From NCBI RefSeq assembly GCF_000195975.1, contig NC_005070.1, positions 1,440,001-1,472,000 on the forward strand: DNA of 32,000 bases. Reading direction: 5' to 3'. Shown in pieces: positions 1 to 10,260 of the stretch. The position numbers and the translations under genes were made by a program. Under the pieces are notes generated by a model. That model did not search any database. It was not told where the DNA came from and saw nothing but the letters and a program-made list of their open reading frames with translations. This stretch comes from Parasynechococcus marenigrum WH 8102 (lineage in GTDB: Bacteria; Cyanobacteriota; Cyanobacteriia; PCC-6307; Cyanobiaceae). Within the stretch, counting starts at the first letter, position 1. The number at the start of each line of letters is the position of its first letter.

Positions 1-3000
1 GTCTCCTCATCACGGGGAATGAACAGACCGATGGCCCCCTCAGCCGAGATCGTGCCCCCCAACGCCAGGGTGGCCTCAAGCTGGCTGACCTCAACCCGGT
101 TGAAATCAAACAAAAGGGACGCATTGACTTGCTTCAGGGTTTGATCAGCGGCCGTGAAAGCACCGTCACGGATCACCAGAAATCCATTGGCCTGGGGCTG
201 ATCCAGGTATCCGCTGAGCAGCAACCGCAGATCACTGCTGCCGCGTGTCAGCCGCAGGGCATCGCCGGCCGGGGCCGCCAGGAAGCTCAGCGCATCCCCA
301 TGGCTTTCAAGCTCGAGATCCAACGCATCACGCAGTGACAGCGGAACAGTGCCGCGCATCTGCAAGGCCTCAGCGGCATCGATACTGCGGAGTGCGAGAT
401 CGACTTCAAGACCTTTTGAGGACAACACAACGGCTCGGCGTTCAAGACGAAGCTCCTGCTCACCGAACCGTGCCTGCTCCAGGGCCAACTCAGTGGTGAG
501 CAACGGACCGGCACCTGACAGGTCGTAGGAGCCGGTGGCACCGATCGCCCCACGCAACGCGGACGGAACCGGAACGGCCAAGGCCAGTAGCGAAAAGGGC
601 AGATGCAGAAGGCTGAAGCGACCCTGGCCGCCCTGCAGAGGACCGCTCAGCTGAGCCACCAAGGGGTCCAGCTGAAGCATCCGGTCCTGATCATCACCCT
701 GCATCCACAGATGAGCCCGGGCCTCCGCCTCCAGCGAGAGCGATGCCAGATCCGGGCCTGAAAGGTTGAGGACAGCATCCAGGCGACCGCGCAGGTCACC
801 TGGATCAACGCGCGCTTGGGGATGATCACGCTCGTAGGCCTCAAGCCACTGCCGAGACCGCTGAAGCGCGCGCAGATGACCGTCGAGACTGCCGCCGAAG
901 GTGTCGATCATTAACCTGCCGAGATCCTCGGCACGAACAGGTGTCCCCGTGGCGGTGAGCTGGCTGCCACGAAGCTGACGGGCCATCTGCACCAACCAGG
1001 GCACATCGAGTCCAGAGGCTTCAATCCGGCTGCGCAGATCAGCCCCGACCCGTCCCTCAGCGGTGAGCTGAATCTCACCCTGCTGCGGCTGCAGCCGGCC
1101 AAGGGCTCTGAAGCGCCCTCCTGAGACACGTCCCTCCAACTCGATCCGATTCAGACCAAGTCCACGGAGCTGCGGGTCCTCCAGCTGCACAGCACCAACC
1201 AGCTCCACCGGTTGCAGGGCCAGGACGCCGTCGCCACTCAGACTCCCCTGCAACGAGCCTGATGCCGATCCCGAAGGGAGCGTCAGCTGAAGACCCGCGA
1301 TTGACAGCTGATCGGCATTCCACTCCACCTGACCTTTGGCGCCGGAACGCACGGTCAAGCTGCCGGTCCCACGACGAAGATCTGCCTGCAATGGCCAACC
1401 GGAGGAACCCAGCCGAACCTTCAGTGCTCCATCCGTGTCAGGAGCCTGCGATGCCAGGCGCAGGTTGAACGCCGATGCGGTTGATCCAGTCACTTGTCCC
1501 TGCCACCGCTCCGGCAATCGCAACGGTCCGGCACCAGGCCGGAGGAGATCCAACGCCACAGTGGTCTTCACATCATCAAAAGGGCCCTGCAATCGGCCGC
1601 GGGCGGACAGATGGCCTTGCAAAGGAAGGGGTGTGACGGCCGACAGGCGGGCCAGGGGCAGTGAGGTCAACGCGAAGCCGGCTTTCAGCGCCCCGAGCTG
1701 CGGCGCGCCGTTGTGCCAGCTGACGGGGAGTTGCGCCGCTGCACGCAGAACAGGACTGTTGAAACGATCGAGGGCCATGAGCCCGGAGGCCTTCGACCAG
1801 GACGCGCGGAGATCCCATCGCTGCACAACAAGATTGCGGTCCTGGGCCAACTCCAGTGACAGCGCTGGTGATGCCAGGGAACCGCTCGCTAAAAGCGCTC
1901 CGGAGATGTCGGATGTCTCGCCAAGGGTCTGTTTCAGGGCGGGCCATCGCTGCCAGAGCGACGGCGCCAGGCTGAGTTCACGACTGCGCAGGTCGATCTG
2001 CTCGTCGATCGTGCCCTCCAGATGCAAGCGCAGGCCGGGTGAGGTGAGCAGGGCTGTTTGAACCTGGATCTGGCGGGCTTCGGGATCAATCCAGGGGGTG
2101 CGCAGCTGGCCTTGCACTCGCAAAGGCCCATCGAGTTCAGGCACGGTCACAACCCCCGCCATACGCCAACGGGGATTGGACCAGGGGCCATCCAGCTGGA
2201 GTTGAGCGCGATCCTTGCGCTTCAAGGACGCCACATTGATCCGCAGATCCACAGCTCCATCCAGCTGAACCGACCCCCTGGCGTCAGCCCGCCAGTCACC
2301 CATGCGGAAACGACTGCGAATCAGGCTGACCCGATCGCCGCGACAGCTCACTCCGACGGCGGATGACCGCAGGGGATCGGGCAGGGTTGTGTTGTGCAGC
2401 TCGAGATCCTTGACCTTCAGCTGCCCCTGGCAGAGAAAGCGGCTTGGTGTCCACTGAATCGCCAGGTCACCACCTGCTTGGCCCGCTAAGCCCGTGGCAT
2501 CCGATCCAGGCAGAACGGCCTCCAGTGTGGAGAGATCCAGGGATCGCAGACGACTGCTCAGCACCAGTTCTGGACGATCCCAACGCCCCTTGGCCTCCAG
2601 ATCAAGGCTGCCGGCTCGCCCGAGCCGACTCAGCCGCGAGATCGCTGAGAAGCGCTGCCGCGCGATCTGCACAGACCCACGACTGGTCAGTTGGATCTCA
2701 TCTCCAGAGGGGGTGAGGCGAATCCGGGCCGGTTGAGCCAGTTCAAAGCGCAGGTCCAGATCCGGGGGGGCCTCCCCGTCCTGCGAAACCTCTCCGAACC
2801 GCCAATAGCGACCGTCCGGTTGGCGATCCAAGGCCACATCGAGGCCCTGCAGCTTCAGCCGCAACACCGGCTGCCATTGCCGCAGGCTGGCCAAAGGGTC
2901 GAGATGGACACTCAGGCCCTGGACCTTGATCGTGGAGCGATCAGTACGCGTCGGGGCAATGGTTGTCTCGCCCAGGGCCACACCCCATGGCCTCAACCCC

Positions 3001-3188
3001 TTGTAAGGACCGAACGTGATCGGGTGACCGAGAGCGGTACCGATGCTGCGTTCCAGTGGTCCGCGAAACGAAGCAAGCACCTCATCAGCCGTGCGATCCA
3101 GGGTCTGCACCGCCAGGACAGATCCGACACCAACAGCCGCGCTGGAAATGAGGATCAAGGATCTGGACAACCGCCGCGCTTCTCGCAT
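1..3188 (-). CDS. TamB/DUF490-like translocation-and-assembly-module protein; C-terminus lies beyond the window edge
   Basis: An uninterrupted minus-strand frame runs from ATG at 3188 to position 1. It is absent from the ORF track because no stop lies in the window, and every listed minus ORF in 1-3188 is in one of the other two frames. The N-terminus MREARRLSRSLILISSAAVGVGSVLAV is a basic stretch plus a single TM anchor. More than 1000 aa of repetitive G/L/R/D/Q-rich, beta-like sequence follows, as in cyanobacterial TamB-family proteins. Confidence 0.7.
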   Translation of the reverse strand, partial: MREARRLSRSLILISSAAVGVGSVLAVQTLDRTADEVLASFRGPLERSIGTALGHPITFGPYKGLRPWGVALGETTIAPTRTDRSTIKVQGLSVHLDPLASLRQWQPVLRLKLQGLDVALDRQPDGRYWRFGEVSQDGEAPPDLDLRFELAQPARIRLTPSGDEIQLTSRGSVQIARQRFSAISRLSRLGRAGSLDLEAKGRWDRPELVLSSRLRSLDLSTLEAVLPGSDATGLAGQAGGDLAIQWTPSRFLCQGQLKVKDLELHNTTLPDPLRSSAVGVSCRGDRVSLIRSRFRMGDWRADARGSVQLDGAVDLRINVASLKRKDRAQLQLDGPWSNPRWRMAGVVTVPELDGPLRVQGQLRTPWIDPEARQIQVQTALLTSPGLRLHLEGTIDEQIDLRSRELSLAPSLWQRWPALKQTLGETSDISGALLASGSLASPALSLELAQDRNLVVQRWDLRASWSKASGLMALDRFNSPVLRAAAQLPVSWHNGAPQLGALKAGFALTSLPLARLSAVTPLPLQGHLSARGRLQGPFDDVKTTVALDLLRPGAGPLRLPERWQGQVTGSTASAFNLRLASQAPDTDGALKVRLGSSGWPLQADLRRGTGSLTVRSGAKGQVEWNADQLSIAGLQLTLPSGSASGSLQGSLSGDGVLALQPVELVGAVQLEDPQLRGLGLNRIELEGRVSGGRFRALGRLQPQQGEIQLTAEGRVGADLRSRIEASGLDVPWLVQMARQLRGSQLTATGTPVRAEDLGRLMIDTFGGSLDGHLRALQRSRQWLEAYERDHPQARVDPGDLRGRLDAVLNLSGPDLASLSLEAEARAHLWMQGDDQDRMLQLDPLVAQLSGPLQGGQGRFSLLHLPFSLLALAVPVPSALRGAIGATGSYDLSGAGPLLTTELALEQARFGEQELRLERRAVVLSSKGLEVDLALRSIDAAEALQMRGTVPLSLRDALDLELESHGDALSFLAAPAGDALRLTRGSSDLRLLLSGYLDQPQANGFLVIRDGAFTAADQTLKQVNASLLFDFNRVEVSQLEATLALGGTISAEGAIGLFIPRDEE

Positions 3189-3254
3189 CGACTGCGACGA
3201 TTGCCCCCAAAGCTCGCGCAATATAAGGAGACCTTTCCTTGGAGACCAGCCGCC

Positions 3255-3704
3255 ATGGCCTTTGATCAGCTGCTGCTCACCGCAGCGCCCTGGCTGGCCT
3301 GGTCAGGCCTCGGCCTTGGTGTGCTGACCATTGTGGCGTTTCTTACGGGCTGGGGACTGCGTTTTCGCTTGGTGGGCGTCAGCAGTTTCACTTTGCTGCT
3401 GGCGGTCAGCTGCTGGGCCTTTGCCCTGAGTTACACGCCGCCGGTCGTGGTCGATGGCGCCATTCGGGCCCCCGTGGTGTTCGACAACGGCAACGATCTG
3501 GTGGTGGCCCAGGTGAAGCCCGACCTGGATCCGATCACCGTTGACGCCACGCTTCAGCAATTGGCTGGCAATCTGCGCGGGTCTGGACGTGGCAGCAATT
3601 TTGTGACGGTGCGGCTGCGAGCCCTTCAACCCATCGCAGATGGTGTGAGCCAGCCCGTGATTCTTGGGGAGACAGAACGGGACTTCCGCCGCTCCGCTTC
3701 CTGA
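3255..3704 (+). CDS. Ycf51-like (DUF2518) membrane protein
   Basis: An internal ATG at 3255 within track ORF 2691..3704; the upstream part overlaps the TamB-like gene and is non-protein-like. [49 protein letters not shown] gives two TM helices with the WG-RFRLVGV motif I associate with Ycf51. It is divergent from the TamB-like gene across a 66-bp spacer. Confidence 0.6.
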   Translation: MAFDQLLLTAAPWLAWSGLGLGVLTIVAFLTGWGLRFRLVGVSSFTLLLAVSCWAFALSYTPPVVVDGAIRAPVVFDNGNDLVVAQVKPDLDPITVDATLQQLAGNLRGSGRGSNFVTVRLRALQPIADGVSQPVILGETERDFRRSAS

Positions 3705-3717
3705 TGACGCTCTTGTG

Positions 3718-4107
3718 ATGAGACCGTTGCGTGATCTGCCCCAGTCCTTCCGACGCGAACAGCAGGAGCTGGACGAGGCAGGAATCAACGATTGGCAGCA
3801 GTTGCGGGACCTGGACGATGCTCAGCTCAGTCGCCTCGCCCGCAGCGGCCGAGCGTCCCCCCGGAATCTCAAGCGGCTGAGGGGCATCGCAGTTTTGGTC
3901 TGTGATCTCAACATTGCCCCACCAGATGCTGCTCTTCTGATGCATGCCGGCATCGCATCCCGTGCAGCGCTTGCAGCCACGACACCCGAACGGGTCGTCC
4001 AGCAAACGGGACGCCTGGAACGCAGCCTCGGCACCGGCAGACCGGCGGTGGTGGACCTGGCCACAGCCCGCCGCTGGATCCAGAGCGCTAGGCAACCAGG
4101 GAACTGA
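3718..4107 (+). CDS. DUF4332-like protein
   Basis: ATG at 3718 in track ORF 3664..4107, 13 nt after the previous stop. The sequence ...LVCDLNIAPPDAALLMHAGIASRAALAATTPERVVQQ resembles the HhH-like DUF4332 repeat common in cyanobacteria. Confidence 0.6.
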   Translation: MRPLRDLPQSFRREQQELDEAGINDWQQLRDLDDAQLSRLARSGRASPRNLKRLRGIAVLVCDLNIAPPDAALLMHAGIASRAALAATTPERVVQQTGRLERSLGTGRPAVVDLATARRWIQSARQPGN

Positions 4108-4168
4108 CCCCTTGATCAGGCCTGGGCCTTGTGCGCTTGCTTATGAACGGTTCACAGCGATAAGCCCT

Positions 4169-4450
4169 ATGGACATCGGTCGGATTGTCGCTTCGCTGGT
4201 TGTCTGCGGTCTCGGATGGGCCGGATCCATTGCTGCAGCAGCGGATTCAGAGCTGCTCAACAGCGTCAAGCGCAATCCACAACTGGCCAAAGACATGTGC
4301 AGCCTCTTCCAGGATCTGAACGCCAAGGGACAATCCGCCTACGCGAAAAAGGTGACGCGAGACATTGCTAACGATCAGAAGCTGTCGAAACAGGACGCCG
4401 AAGTGCTGGTGACCTATGTGGTGGGCATGCACTGCCCCGATGTCCGTTGA
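4169..4450 (+). CDS. small secreted/periplasmic hypothetical protein (two Cys)
   Basis: An internal ATG at 4169 of track ORF 3944..4450. MDIGRIVASLVVCGLGWAGSIAAAADS looks like a signal peptide. The mature part is helical and charged, with two Cys. Confidence 0.5.
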   Translation: MDIGRIVASLVVCGLGWAGSIAAAADSELLNSVKRNPQLAKDMCSLFQDLNAKGQSAYAKKVTRDIANDQKLSKQDAEVLVTYVVGMHCPDVR

Positions 4451-6044
4451 ATCGCCCTTGATCAGCGCATCAGAAATCGTCGAGCACGATGCGGAGCTGC
4501 TCCTCAGGGACGGCATTCGGTTGTTGGCGCGTCTGTGGCACCCCCGCAGCGGCGGCCCCTGGCCTGCCCTGTTGATGCGACAACCCTACGGACGGCGTCT
4601 GGCCTCAACGGTCACCCTGGCCCACCCCAGCTGGTGGGCACGCCAGGGGTATCTGGTGGTGGTTCAGGACGTGCGGGGCCAGGGGGATTCCGAGGGAACC
4701 TTCCGTGGTTTCTCCCAGGAGGCGGATGACACCGTCCAGACCCATGACTGGGTCCGATCCTTGCCGGACTGCAACGGACGGATCGGCTGCTACGGCTTCT
4801 CGTATCAGGGGATCACGCAGCTGCTGGCCCCCGCAGATTCCCCCCCTCCGGACTGCCTGGCTCCAGCCATGGCGGGGCTGGATGAGCGGCGCCACTGGAG
4901 CAGCGAGGGCGGTGCACATTGGTGGCACCTGAACCTGGGATGGGGTCTGCAGCTGGCCGCCCAGCAGGCGCGACGCCGTGGGGACTCCCACGCCTGGGAA
5001 GCGATCCGACGAGCACTGGAGGACGGCAGCTATCTGAGGGACGGGCCTGAACTGCTGCAACGACACGACCCCGACGGGATGGCCTGCAAGTGGCTGGCGC
5101 AGGATCCAGCTGATGGCACCGCCTGGCGCCGCCATGACGCCCCGCAATCCTGGTTGCGCCAACCGATGCTGCTGCTGGGGGGCTGGTGGGATCCCCATCT
5201 TTTAGGACTCCTCGATCTTTACAGGCGTTCTGAAGCGGCCGGGGGAACACCGGAACTGCACATCGGACCGGCCACCCACTTGCAGTGGTGGCCTGAAGCC
5301 CAGACGGTGTTACTGCGCTTCTTCGATCAACACCTGAAACAGGTCCAAATCGGCCAAGATCAGCTGCACCTCTGGGATCTCGGCACCAAACAATGGACCT
5401 CAAGGCCACAGCCCAGTGCCCTCTCATGGAGTCTCCAAGGGGAAGGCCTGGCATGCCTGGATCCCGCCAGCGGCCGCCTGAACCCAAACGAAGCTGGCGT
5501 TGGTGAGGAGCGGATTATTCACGACCCTTGGCGCCCTGTGCCAGCCATCGGCGGTCATCTCAGCCCCTCCTCTGGCCCTGCTGATCGGCAATCGCTGGAT
5601 GCACGCTCCGATGTGGCCACCTTCACCACAGCCCCGCTGGATGAACCCATTGCGTTGTCAGGTCAGCCGCAGCTGCAAATCCGCGCAGGAGCCGATCAGC
5701 CTGGCTTCGACCTCTGCCTGGTGCTCTCACGCTTACCTCAGGGCAGTGCTGCCGTTGAGCAACTCAGCAGCGGAGTGCTGCGCGTTCTGGGGGCCGAGGC
5801 CGAACAGATGGTCGAGCGACGGGTGCTGCTCCAACCCCTTCTGGTCACATGCTCCGCCGGAGATCGTCTTCGCCTTTCGATCGCCGCTGCCGCCTGGCCA
5901 GCCATCGGAGTGAATCCCGGCACACCGGAGCATCCCTGCGCTGCCCCAAGTGCAAACCACCACGTGGTGACGATGACACTGGACCTTGCTGGCTCGCTGC
6001 TCAGCCTGAACCCGTTCAACTCCGGCAGACTGAACCTCGATTGA
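4440..6044 (+). CDS. CocE/NonD family hydrolase (X-Pro dipeptidyl-peptidase S15-like)
   Basis: The 534-aa product has DGIRLLARLWHP...PALLMRQPYGR...GYLVVVQDVRGQGDSEG...YGFSYQG, an alpha/beta-hydrolase nucleophile elbow, plus a long C-terminal beta domain. ATG 4440 overlaps the stop of the preceding gene by 11 nt. Confidence 0.85.
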   Translation: MSVESPLISASEIVEHDAELLLRDGIRLLARLWHPRSGGPWPALLMRQPYGRRLASTVTLAHPSWWARQGYLVVVQDVRGQGDSEGTFRGFSQEADDTVQTHDWVRSLPDCNGRIGCYGFSYQGITQLLAPADSPPPDCLAPAMAGLDERRHWSSEGGAHWWHLNLGWGLQLAAQQARRRGDSHAWEAIRRALEDGSYLRDGPELLQRHDPDGMACKWLAQDPADGTAWRRHDAPQSWLRQPMLLLGGWWDPHLLGLLDLYRRSEAAGGTPELHIGPATHLQWWPEAQTVLLRFFDQHLKQVQIGQDQLHLWDLGTKQWTSRPQPSALSWSLQGEGLACLDPASGRLNPNEAGVGEERIIHDPWRPVPAIGGHLSPSSGPADRQSLDARSDVATFTTAPLDEPIALSGQPQLQIRAGADQPGFDLCLVLSRLPQGSAAVEQLSSGVLRVLGAEAEQMVERRVLLQPLLVTCSAGDRLRLSIAAAAWPAIGVNPGTPEHPCAAPSANHHVVTMTLDLAGSLLSLNPFNSGRLNLD

Positions 6045-6055
6045 TCAATCGCGCC

Positions 6056-6765
6056 GTGAAGCTTTCCGCTGCCCTGCTGGCCATCGCTCTGTCAGCCCCC
6101 ATGGGGTTGATCAATCCCGCAGCAGCGGAGGAGCTGACAAAGACTGAACTCTCTCCAGCTCAAGCGACAAAAGCCGCTGAACGTTTGCTGGGAGCTTTGA
6201 AGGAGCGCAACGGGAGCGTGGTTTAGACGCCCTGGCAGCTCCGATCCAGGCCAGTGTTGACCTGCAGAGCGTCCAGACTCGTCTGAACCAGCGCGTGGCC
6301 ATCGATGCAAGTCGCATCGTCAGCGTTATTCCTGGTTACAACACGACAACTGTTGATGCTGTCGTGACCACCGCATCTGGCGACGAAGAGATGCTTTTGG
6401 TGTTGGATGAGGACGGCAAACTGCTTGCATGGAAGTGGGCTGACCGTGTCCAGCCCATCGAAACCACAGCACTCGAATTCACAAGCGACCTTGCGGCGGG
6501 ACGTTTGATTGCAGCGCGATCCAAGATGTCATTGCAGCTTCAGCAGGAGCTGGCCCCGGGGGACCTTGAGCGCAAGTGGAGCAAGCTCGTGCGGGTGGCT
6601 GGAGGTTTTCGCAAGGTCAAAGACGCTGTGATTGCTCATCAGGGCGGTAGCCAGCAATTGGTGCTTGTGGCTGTGGAATTCGGTAAGGCCACCTCCAACC
6701 TGTTTGTGATCTTTGACGAGCGTGGACGGATCATCAACGTCGACATCTCCCGCGACTTTGTCTGA
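6056..6765 (+). pseudogene. secreted protein with two tandem DUF3887-like repeats, split by an apparent 1-nt frameshift at 6222-6226
   Basis: GTG 6056 (or TTG 6041) opens a signal peptide, KLSAALLAIALSAPMGLINPAAA. The frame then ends at TAG 6224-6226, after ...AERLLGALKERNGSVV. The -1 frame continues without a stop as LDALAAPIQASVDLQSVQTRLNQRVAIDASRIVSV... to 6765. The joined product gives two repeats of the same architecture; the second is EFTSDLAAGRL...ELAPGDLERKWSKLVRVAGGFRKVKD...LFVIFDERGRIINVDI. Confidence 0.5.
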
Positions 6766-6771
6766 TTCGGC

Positions 6772-6796
6772 AGCGGAATCAACGAAAAATTCCGCT
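6772..6796 (+). terminator. weak hairpin downstream of the DUF3887-like gene
   Basis: The stem AGCGGAAT (6772-6779) pairs with ATTCCGCT (6789-6796) around a 9-nt loop. The following tail, TAACAT, is not U-rich, so this is only a candidate. Confidence 0.3.
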
Positions 6797-6825
6797 TAAC
6801 ATCGCGCCCACTTCACAGCTCTTCC

Positions 6826-9153
6826 ATGGGTGGCGCGGCAGTCCTCGACTGGATGGTTCAGGACGGCGAACGTCTCGCGAATTGTCGGCACGATCACCCG
6901 TTAGCGATCCTCGGCCCGCAACCAAGCGATGCGGGCTGGACTGTTCGGGTGTGGATGCCGGAAGCCCACAGCGTGACGCTGCTGGAGGGCGGTCGGGAAG
7001 CATTGATGACCGCACCCAATCACCCCTGGGTGTTTGAAACAACGCTCAGCCACGACCCCGGCAGCAACTACAAGGTGCGGGTCGAGCGCGGCGGCATCAC
7101 TCACGAACAACACGACCCCTGGGCGTTCAGGGACGAATGGATGGGCGACATGGATCGCCATTTGTTTGCCCAGGGCAATCACCACCACATCTGGCAACGG
7201 ATGGGCGCCCACCTCACGCAGCGTGATGGCATCTCCGGGGTGATGTTCTGCCTTTGGGCACCGCATGCCCTGAGCGTGTCGATCCTGGGTGATCTCAACT
7301 CCTGGGATGGTCGTCACCACCCCATGCAGCAGCGCTTGGGTGGGATCTGGGAATTGTTTATTCCAGGGCTTGCTGAAGGTTCTCTCTACAAGTACGAAAT
7401 CCGCACCCAGGACGGGCACTGTTATCAGAAAGCCGACCCCTACGGCTTCCAACACGAGGTTCGCCCGGACAACAGTTCAGTGGTGGCTCGCCTGGATGGC
7501 TTCCAATGGTCGGACGGCTCCTGGATGCAGCGACGCGATAGCAGCAATCCGCTGGAGCAGCCCATCTCCGTGTATGAGATGCATCTCGGCAGCTGGATCC
7601 ATGCCAGCGCCGAAGAACCCTGGATTCAGCCCGACGGCAGCCCGCGAGCTCCGGTGCCCGCTGCCGACATGAAACCCGGCGCTCGGCTGCTCACCTACGC
7701 CGAGTTGGCGGCTCGCCTGATCCCTTACGTCAAGGAACGGGGATTCACCCACATCGAACTGATGCCGATCACCGAGCATCCCTTTGATGGCTCCTGGGGT
7801 TATCAAGTCACCGGCTGGTACGCCCCCACCAGCCGCTACGGCACTCCGGATGAATTCCGGGCCTTTGTGGATCGCTGCCACGCCGAAGGCATCGGCGTCA
7901 TCATCGACTGGGTGCCTGGCCACTTCCCCAAGGATGCCCATGGCCTGGCCTTCTTTGACGGCACACACCTCTACGAACACGGAGATCCGCGCATCGGTGA
8001 GCACAAAGAGTGGGGAACGCTGATCTTCAACTACAGCCGCAACGAGGTTCGTAACTTCCTGGTTGCCAATCTGGTGTTCTGGTTCGAACAGTTCCACATC
8101 GACGGCATTCGCGTTGATGCGGTGGCCTCAATGCTGTATCGCGACTATCTGCGTCCAGATGGCGAATGGCTGGCTAACGAGCATGGCGGTAGAGAGAACA
8201 CGGAAGCCGTTCAATTCCTGCAGCAGGCCAACCATGTGCTCTTCCAGCACTTCCCCGGGGCGTTGTCGATCGCGGAAGAATCCACAACCTGGCCGATGGT
8301 GACCCAACCCACAGAAATCGGTGGCCTGGGCTTCAACCTGAAATGGAACATGGGTTGGATGCACGACATGCTCGATTACTTCGAGCTGGATCCCTGGTTC
8401 CGTCAGTTCCACCAGAACAACATCACCTTCTCGATCTGGTACACCTACACCGAAAACTTCATGCTGGCGCTCAGCCACGACGAAGTGGTGCATGGGAAAA
8501 GCCATCTTCTCCACAAGATGCCAGGTGACGACTGGCAGAAATACGCCAACACCCGAGCACTGCTCGCCTACATGTGGACCCATCCCGGCAAGAAAACCAT
8601 CTTCATGGGGATGGAATTCGGCCAGCGCGCTGAATGGAATGTCTGGGGAGATCTGCAATGGGATCTGCTGAATTACGAACCCCACAAAGGCATCCAGCTG
8701 CTGGTGGATGACCTCAACACGCTGTACAAAGCTGAGCCGGCCCTCTGGCGCGACGACTTCGACCAGTTCGGATTCCAGTGGATTGATTGCAATGACAACC
8801 GTCATTCCGTGATCAGTTTCATGCGGCGTGAAAGCAGCAGTGGCACCTGGCTTGTGGTGGTGGCCAACTTCACACCACAGAGCCATTCCCATTACCGGGT
8901 GGGTGTTCCGCTGGCGGGCTTCTACGAGGAGATCTTCAACACCGATGCAGCCCGTTACGGCGGCAGCAACCTTGGCAACATGGGCGGCAAGCCAACGGAT
9001 GAATGGAGCATCCACGGCTACGAGAACTCCCTGGATCTCTGCCTACCTCCCCTCAGTCTCCTGGTGTTCCGCCACGACCCCAAGCGCAGCCTCCAAGCGG
9101 CTTCAGCATCAGCCTGTGACAAAGCAGATGACGAAACTGCTGACACCAACTAG
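6826..9153 (+). CDS. glgB: 1,4-alpha-glucan branching enzyme
   Basis: The 775-aa product carries GH13 branching-enzyme motifs: [47 protein letters not shown] and [10 protein letters not shown]. Confidence 0.97.
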   Translation: MGGAAVLDWMVQDGERLANCRHDHPLAILGPQPSDAGWTVRVWMPEAHSVTLLEGGREALMTAPNHPWVFETTLSHDPGSNYKVRVERGGITHEQHDPWAFRDEWMGDMDRHLFAQGNHHHIWQRMGAHLTQRDGISGVMFCLWAPHALSVSILGDLNSWDGRHHPMQQRLGGIWELFIPGLAEGSLYKYEIRTQDGHCYQKADPYGFQHEVRPDNSSVVARLDGFQWSDGSWMQRRDSSNPLEQPISVYEMHLGSWIHASAEEPWIQPDGSPRAPVPAADMKPGARLLTYAELAARLIPYVKERGFTHIELMPITEHPFDGSWGYQVTGWYAPTSRYGTPDEFRAFVDRCHAEGIGVIIDWVPGHFPKDAHGLAFFDGTHLYEHGDPRIGEHKEWGTLIFNYSRNEVRNFLVANLVFWFEQFHIDGIRVDAVASMLYRDYLRPDGEWLANEHGGRENTEAVQFLQQANHVLFQHFPGALSIAEESTTWPMVTQPTEIGGLGFNLKWNMGWMHDMLDYFELDPWFRQFHQNNITFSIWYTYTENFMLALSHDEVVHGKSHLLHKMPGDDWQKYANTRALLAYMWTHPGKKTIFMGMEFGQRAEWNVWGDLQWDLLNYEPHKGIQLLVDDLNTLYKAEPALWRDDFDQFGFQWIDCNDNRHSVISFMRRESSSGTWLVVVANFTPQSHSHYRVGVPLAGFYEEIFNTDAARYGGSNLGNMGGKPTDEWSIHGYENSLDLCLPPLSLLVFRHDPKRSLQAASASACDKADDETADTN

Positions 9154-9201
9154 CCGAACACAGAACTCAGGTAGGTTTCCGGCTTACCTGATTTCGGCTT
9201 G

Positions 9202-10260
9202 ATGAGCGACACTCTGCCCCTGCTTCTGCGTGCAGCCCGCGGTGAAGCGGTGGAGCGTCCTCCGGTCTGGATGATGCGTCAGGCTGGGCGTTACATGAAG
9301 ATCTACCGGGATCTGCGCGACAAGTACCCCAGCTTTCGCGAACGCTCCGAAAACCCTGATCTCTCCTATGAGATCTCCATGCAACCGTTTCACGCCTTCA
9401 AGCCGGACGGCGTGATCCTGTTCTCCGACATCCTCACGCCGCTGCCGGGGATGGGCATCGATTTCGACATCATCGAAAGCAAGGGTCCGCAGATCGGTGA
9501 TCCGATCCGCTCCATGGATCAGGTGAACGCCCTGCGCCCGCTGAACCCCAGCGAGTCGATGCCATTTGTTGGTGAGGTGCTGGGACGTCTACGCGAAAGC
9601 GTCGGCAACGAGGCCGCTGTGCTTGGTTTTGTCGGCGCACCCTGGACCTTGGCGGCCTACGTCGTGGAAGGCAAGAGCAGCAAGAACTACGCGGTGATCA
9701 AGGCCATGGCCTTCCGCGAACCAGAGCTGCTGCACAAACTGCTCGACCACTTCGCCGAGTCGATCGCCAACTACCTGCGCTTTCAGATTGATTCCGGCGC
9801 TCAGGTCGTCCAGATGTTCGACTCCTGGGCCGGACAACTCAGTCCTGCCGATTACGACACCTTCGCCGCGCCTTATCAGAAGAAGGTGGTGGATCTGGTC
9901 AAGCAGACCCATCCCGATACCCCCTTCATCCTGTACATCTCCGGCAGTGCTGGCGTCCTCGAACGGATGGCCACTACAGGGGTGGACATCATTTCTCTGG
10001 ACTGGACCGTGGACATGGGCGAAGCTCTGGCCCGCTTGCCGGAGCACATCGGTGTACAAGGCAACGTTGATCCGGGTCTGCTGTTCGGAACGCCGGACGC
10101 GATCGAGGCCCGCATTGATGACTGCGTGCGCAAGGCCCGCGGCAGGAAGCACATCCTCAACCTCGGCCATGGAATCCTGCCGGGGACGCCTGAGGAAAAC
10201 GGTGCTGCTTTCTTCCGCTCAGGCAAGAGCGTGATCGACCGCATCGGGGCCTTCGCTTGA
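9202..10260 (+). CDS. hemE: uroporphyrinogen decarboxylase
   Basis: [32 protein letters not shown]... is the canonical HemE N-terminus. ATG 9202 lies one codon inside the track's TTG start. Confidence 0.95.
   Translation: MSDTLPLLLRAARGEAVERPPVWMMRQAGRYMKIYRDLRDKYPSFRERSENPDLSYEISMQPFHAFKPDGVILFSDILTPLPGMGIDFDIIESKGPQIGDPIRSMDQVNALRPLNPSESMPFVGEVLGRLRESVGNEAAVLGFVGAPWTLAAYVVEGKSSKNYAVIKAMAFREPELLHKLLDHFAESIANYLRFQIDSGAQVVQMFDSWAGQLSPADYDTFAAPYQKKVVDLVKQTHPDTPFILYISGSAGVLERMATTGVDIISLDWTVDMGEALARLPEHIGVQGNVDPGLLFGTPDAIEARIDDCVRKARGRKHILNLGHGILPGTPEENGAAFFRSGKSVIDRIGAFA

Noticed and set aside
2691-3704. Long N-terminal extensions of track ORFs (2691..3704, 3944..4450, 5849..6226, 11185..11643, 21618..22469, 22792..23283, 16361..17128)
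   Set aside because: The extensions overlap neighbouring genes or read as low-complexity, non-protein-like sequence. Internal ATGs give recognisable N-termini such as signal peptides and conserved motifs.
6218-6228. Programmed ribosomal frameshifting at 6218-6228 and at 29523-29530 instead of mutation or error
   Set aside because: Neither site has an X XXY YYZ slippery heptamer. I could recognise no downstream pseudoknot or hairpin. Both are most simply explained by loss of one base from a 4-nt homopolymer.
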